From Octopus sinensis (lineage: Eukaryota): a stretch of DNA of 64,000 nt. Below are positions 60,700 through 64,000 of this stretch, one piece after another (within the stretch, counting starts at the first letter, position 1; each line of letters begins with the position of its first letter). A program made the position numbers and the translations under genes. The notes beneath the pieces were generated by a model. That model was not told the origin of the DNA. It ran no database searches and worked only from the letters and a program-made list of their open reading frames with translations. The stretch is taken from contig NC_043000.1 of NCBI RefSeq assembly GCF_006345805.1, forward strand, positions 160,332,001 to 160,396,000. Direction: 5' to 3'.

Positions 60700-61080
60700 A
60701 GGAGGGGCTGTGTGGTAAGTAGCTTGCTTACGAACCATATGGTTCCGGGTTCAGTCCTACTGCGTGGCACCTTGGGCAACTTTCTTCTACTATAGCCTCG
60801 GGCCGACCAAAGTCTTGTGAGTGGATTTGGTGGACGGAAACTGAAAGAAGCCTGTCGTATATATGTATATATATATGTATGTGTGTGTGTATATGTTTGT
60901 GTGTCTGTTTGTCTCCCCAGCATCGCTTAACAACCGATGGTGGTGTGTATACGTCTCCGAGACTGATAGAATAAGTACTAGGCTTACAAAGAATATGTCT
61001 TGGAATCGATTTGCTCGACTAAAGGCGGTGCTCCAGCATGGCCACAGTCAAATGACTTAAACAAATAAAATAGTAAAAGA

Positions 61081-61083
<3 letters not shown>
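60700..61083 (+). mobile_element. tRNA-derived SINE family A, near full length
   Basis: ggctgtgtggtaagtagcttgcttacgaaccatatggttccgggttcagtcc..aaggcggtgctccagcatggcc..agtaaaagagta. Confidence 0.9.
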
Positions 61084-61127
<44 letters not shown>

Positions 61128-61203
61128 CATGTCTGGCGAAAATCATATTTTTCATAGTTGACATCAACTTACAACGCCGACGATTGGCTCTGTTGTATCA
61201 AGA

Positions 61204-61294
<91 letters not shown>

Positions 61295-61321
61295 GGAATG
61301 TAATAATAAATTAAATACAAG

Positions 61322-61972
61322 AAGAGTGTTTAAAATTATGAATAAATCACAATTATAACGGAGAAGTTGCAAAACCCCCCTTTTTTTTAGAAACGTTTAG
61401 AAATGGTAGTCAAAAACCAGTATAAAGCACCTATTATCACTCATATTATACCTCCTCACAATAAAGTTCTCTGCAATCGACATGACAGAAAACATCCGCA
61501 ATTTGAAAATATCCGGTATTTTGTAGTGGCTCCATTTATCGGTCTTTTCTGATAAACGCTGAGCATGATATTGAAATTCCGAACTGGAATGTGTAGATAG
61601 TGGTTGACATATCTGGTCGGAATACTTGTAGGCCCCAAGGAATGATTTTGTTCCAATTTGTATCTATTGGAATATTCTCCGGATGAGAGGAATGGAACCA
61701 TTACATTGTTTATATCGGTTATTTTACGATACGGTATATAATATGGTATAATAGGTTCCTAACTTCGAAACTGCATAGGGAATAAACCTTTTATTTTTAA
61801 ATTGTGGATGTTAAAAACCATGTCACTCGCAGACTGCTTTATTGTGAAGTGCTATAATATGAGTGATAATAGAGGCTTTATAGTGGCTTTTGACTGCTCT
61901 TTCTAAACATCTAAGGGTTTTTGAAACCCTCACCGTTATAATTATGATTTATTCATAATTATAAACACTCTT
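61322..61972. mobile_element. Foldback element with ~190-bp imperfect TIRs
   Basis: aagagtgtttaaaattatgaataaatc..tattatcactcatattata..aacatccgcaattt is mirrored at 61790-61972. Confidence 0.75.
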
Positions 61973-62884
61973 TTTTTTTATATATATGTGAAATGCGCAA
62001 TTTTCAGAGCTTCATAGACTATATAGATGCACATACTATCTGCTATACATTGAATATTAGTTATTTGGTGGGCGCAATATAAACTGTTGTACTGATCTGT
62101 TTATCACTAGGTCAGTCTTCTTAACCAGGCATTTTTTGCAGATACCTAATGTTAGTTTGCAGTATTTAGCCTATCAATACGATACATAATTTCAAATGTT
62201 TTTAAAAATTAATCTTGATGCGTTTGATGGAGCAATTTAAATAGTTTCAAAGTAGCACTTTCAGAATTCTTCACCTTATTCACAATTCTTTACATTTCCC
62301 AAAGTTGCATATCATTTCGAGAGTTTATGATTTTTATTCTTAGCTTTCTGTGACACAACATCTATAAGTTTACAAGCTTAAGATATTTCCCAAAACATAT
62401 TTGCAGATTAGAATGTGTATATAATAGCCAACCAGTTTCATGAAATCACTTTCTGTCAAGTTATGGTTGATTTGTGAGAAATTAGATGCAAGTGCATAGA
62501 AAGAAGACGAATCTAATTTGTTTATACCTATTTGATTGTTTGGACTGTGTATATGTGACAAGAGAGGTTAAATGCATTAGAAAAAGACATGAGATGCAGT
62601 GAATTACTATTTATCTTGCCTACACTGTGCTTACCAGTTACACCTGACCAAATATTAAATAAGAAACTAAGACATTAAAGCCACTAAGAAATAGAACCTC
62701 GCCATTATTAGAAACCTTTGGAATATCAGAACGTAAATTACAATAAAAATGCAATTTATTGTATTTACATTTAGAGGCTTTGAAGTATAGAAATTTTAAT
62801 ATGCCGAACTCTCTTAAAGTGACTATCCTAGGTTCCCAAAGGTAGGTTTTGAAACAAAACCAAAAGATTACCTACTTTTACATT

Positions 62885-63190
62885 AAGTTGTTTGTTCCTT
62901 CGCGAGCCACGCCTGGCTCAAAGGACCGGTTTCCCGGTTTCCTTGGCGTACAGGTTCCTCACTTGGACGGGGCGCCGGTCTGTCGCAGGTGAGCTGCAAA
63001 ATGAAGGAGCAAAGAGCGAGAGAAAGTTGTGGGGAAAGTGTCAGCAGAAGTTCGCCATTACCTTCTGCCGGGGTCACGTGCAGCTTAGGTGTTTTGCTCA
63101 TAAACACACACACCGCCCGGTCTGACATACGAACCCGTGATCCCTCGACCGGGAATCCGCTGCTCTAACCACTAGGCCATGTGCCTTCAC
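62885..63190 (-). mobile_element. tRNA-derived SINE (head type 1, tail type Z)
   Basis: Minus strand gtgaaggcacatggcctagtggttagagcagcgg..gggttcgtatgtc (A/B boxes); the head and the gagagaaagttgtgg segment are shared with 7045-7428. Confidence 0.75.
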
Positions 63191-64000
63191 ACTTTACATT
63201 AAGTATTGTCTATTTAATAAAATGTGTAAGCGTCTAAAATTTCCAAATGACAAACTCCAGGAAAACAAGTTATATTAAGTGTATCAGTGTCAACGCTATA
63301 TACTTTAATACACATCCAGTTTGATTTTTAATGTTTTTTAATAGCTTATTAAAATTATTTATAGTTTTCTAAAATTTTATAATCTGACAGATGCAGTAAC
63401 TGGACAAGCCCTAATATAATATACACTTATTAGACCTCTTTATATCACCCCATGACTATTCGATAAAAACAGTGCCACGTCAGAATAGAACTGCATTGCA
63501 TCCAACAAAGAACAATAGTATGGGATTGGTGAATACTCATAGTTCACCACATGATAACGGCTCTCATCCGAATGTCGCCACCAAGTAGAGTTCAGCTAAG
63601 CACTTCGAGTAATATCCTTGAATTATCGGCGACACTGCCTTGTCTGCTGGTCCGCTTTCAAATATATTAAATATATACAGCAACAAAAAGGAAGAAAAAA
63701 CTGAGAACTGGATCGATTACCAATAGGACTGAGGCGTTTCACAACTTAGTGATATGAATATTGCGGTGAAAACTTTAGTCGAACCATTGGCATTTTTTAA
63801 CTTGTCAATAGCGACAAGTCGATGCAAAATATGCCTGGAATATGGAGAATAATAAAACTCAGGCTTGTTTTATTAGTAGATATTCGTTTTCTTTATTATT
63901 TATTATTAATAAAAAGACTCAAGTGTTATCGAGACTGAAATGCAAAATCCAACCAAAGGCATTGTGTAGCAGCATCGATCTATTATTAGAGCAAAGTTGG

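Overview
AT-rich eukaryotic, repeat-dense intergenic or intronic DNA. The SINE families and microsatellite load look like an Octopus/cephalopod genome (my recognition, not a database result). I can support no intact host protein-coding gene, rRNA, true tRNA or CRISPR array, and most ORFs in the supplied track are translations of microsatellites. The window is a layered transposon landscape. It holds Penelope-like elements of at least two families (GIY-YIG, RT and pLTR pieces), a young CR1-type LINE, a CR1/L2-type 3' fragment, an RTE-type LINE with a 10-bp TSD, two R4/Dong-type RLE LINEs and a Tx1-like tail. It also holds a decayed full-length mariner, a 1.26-kb internally deleted Gypsy with both LTRs, a Helitron helicase end, a Helentron-type non-autonomous element, several MITEs/foldbacks, many tRNA-derived SINEs and a ~1.7-kb near-identical tandem duplication followed by a 262-bp palindrome. 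The most interesting signal is RNA-structural: four distinct hammerhead-ribozyme-like architectures, two directly linked to Penelope coding remnants. One has an apparent compensatory A3:U8 core pair, one family has a shared U6 core in several copies, one has a long inserted stem-loop II and one has a canonical core. All were found by eye and none was tested; many repeat boundaries are approximate.
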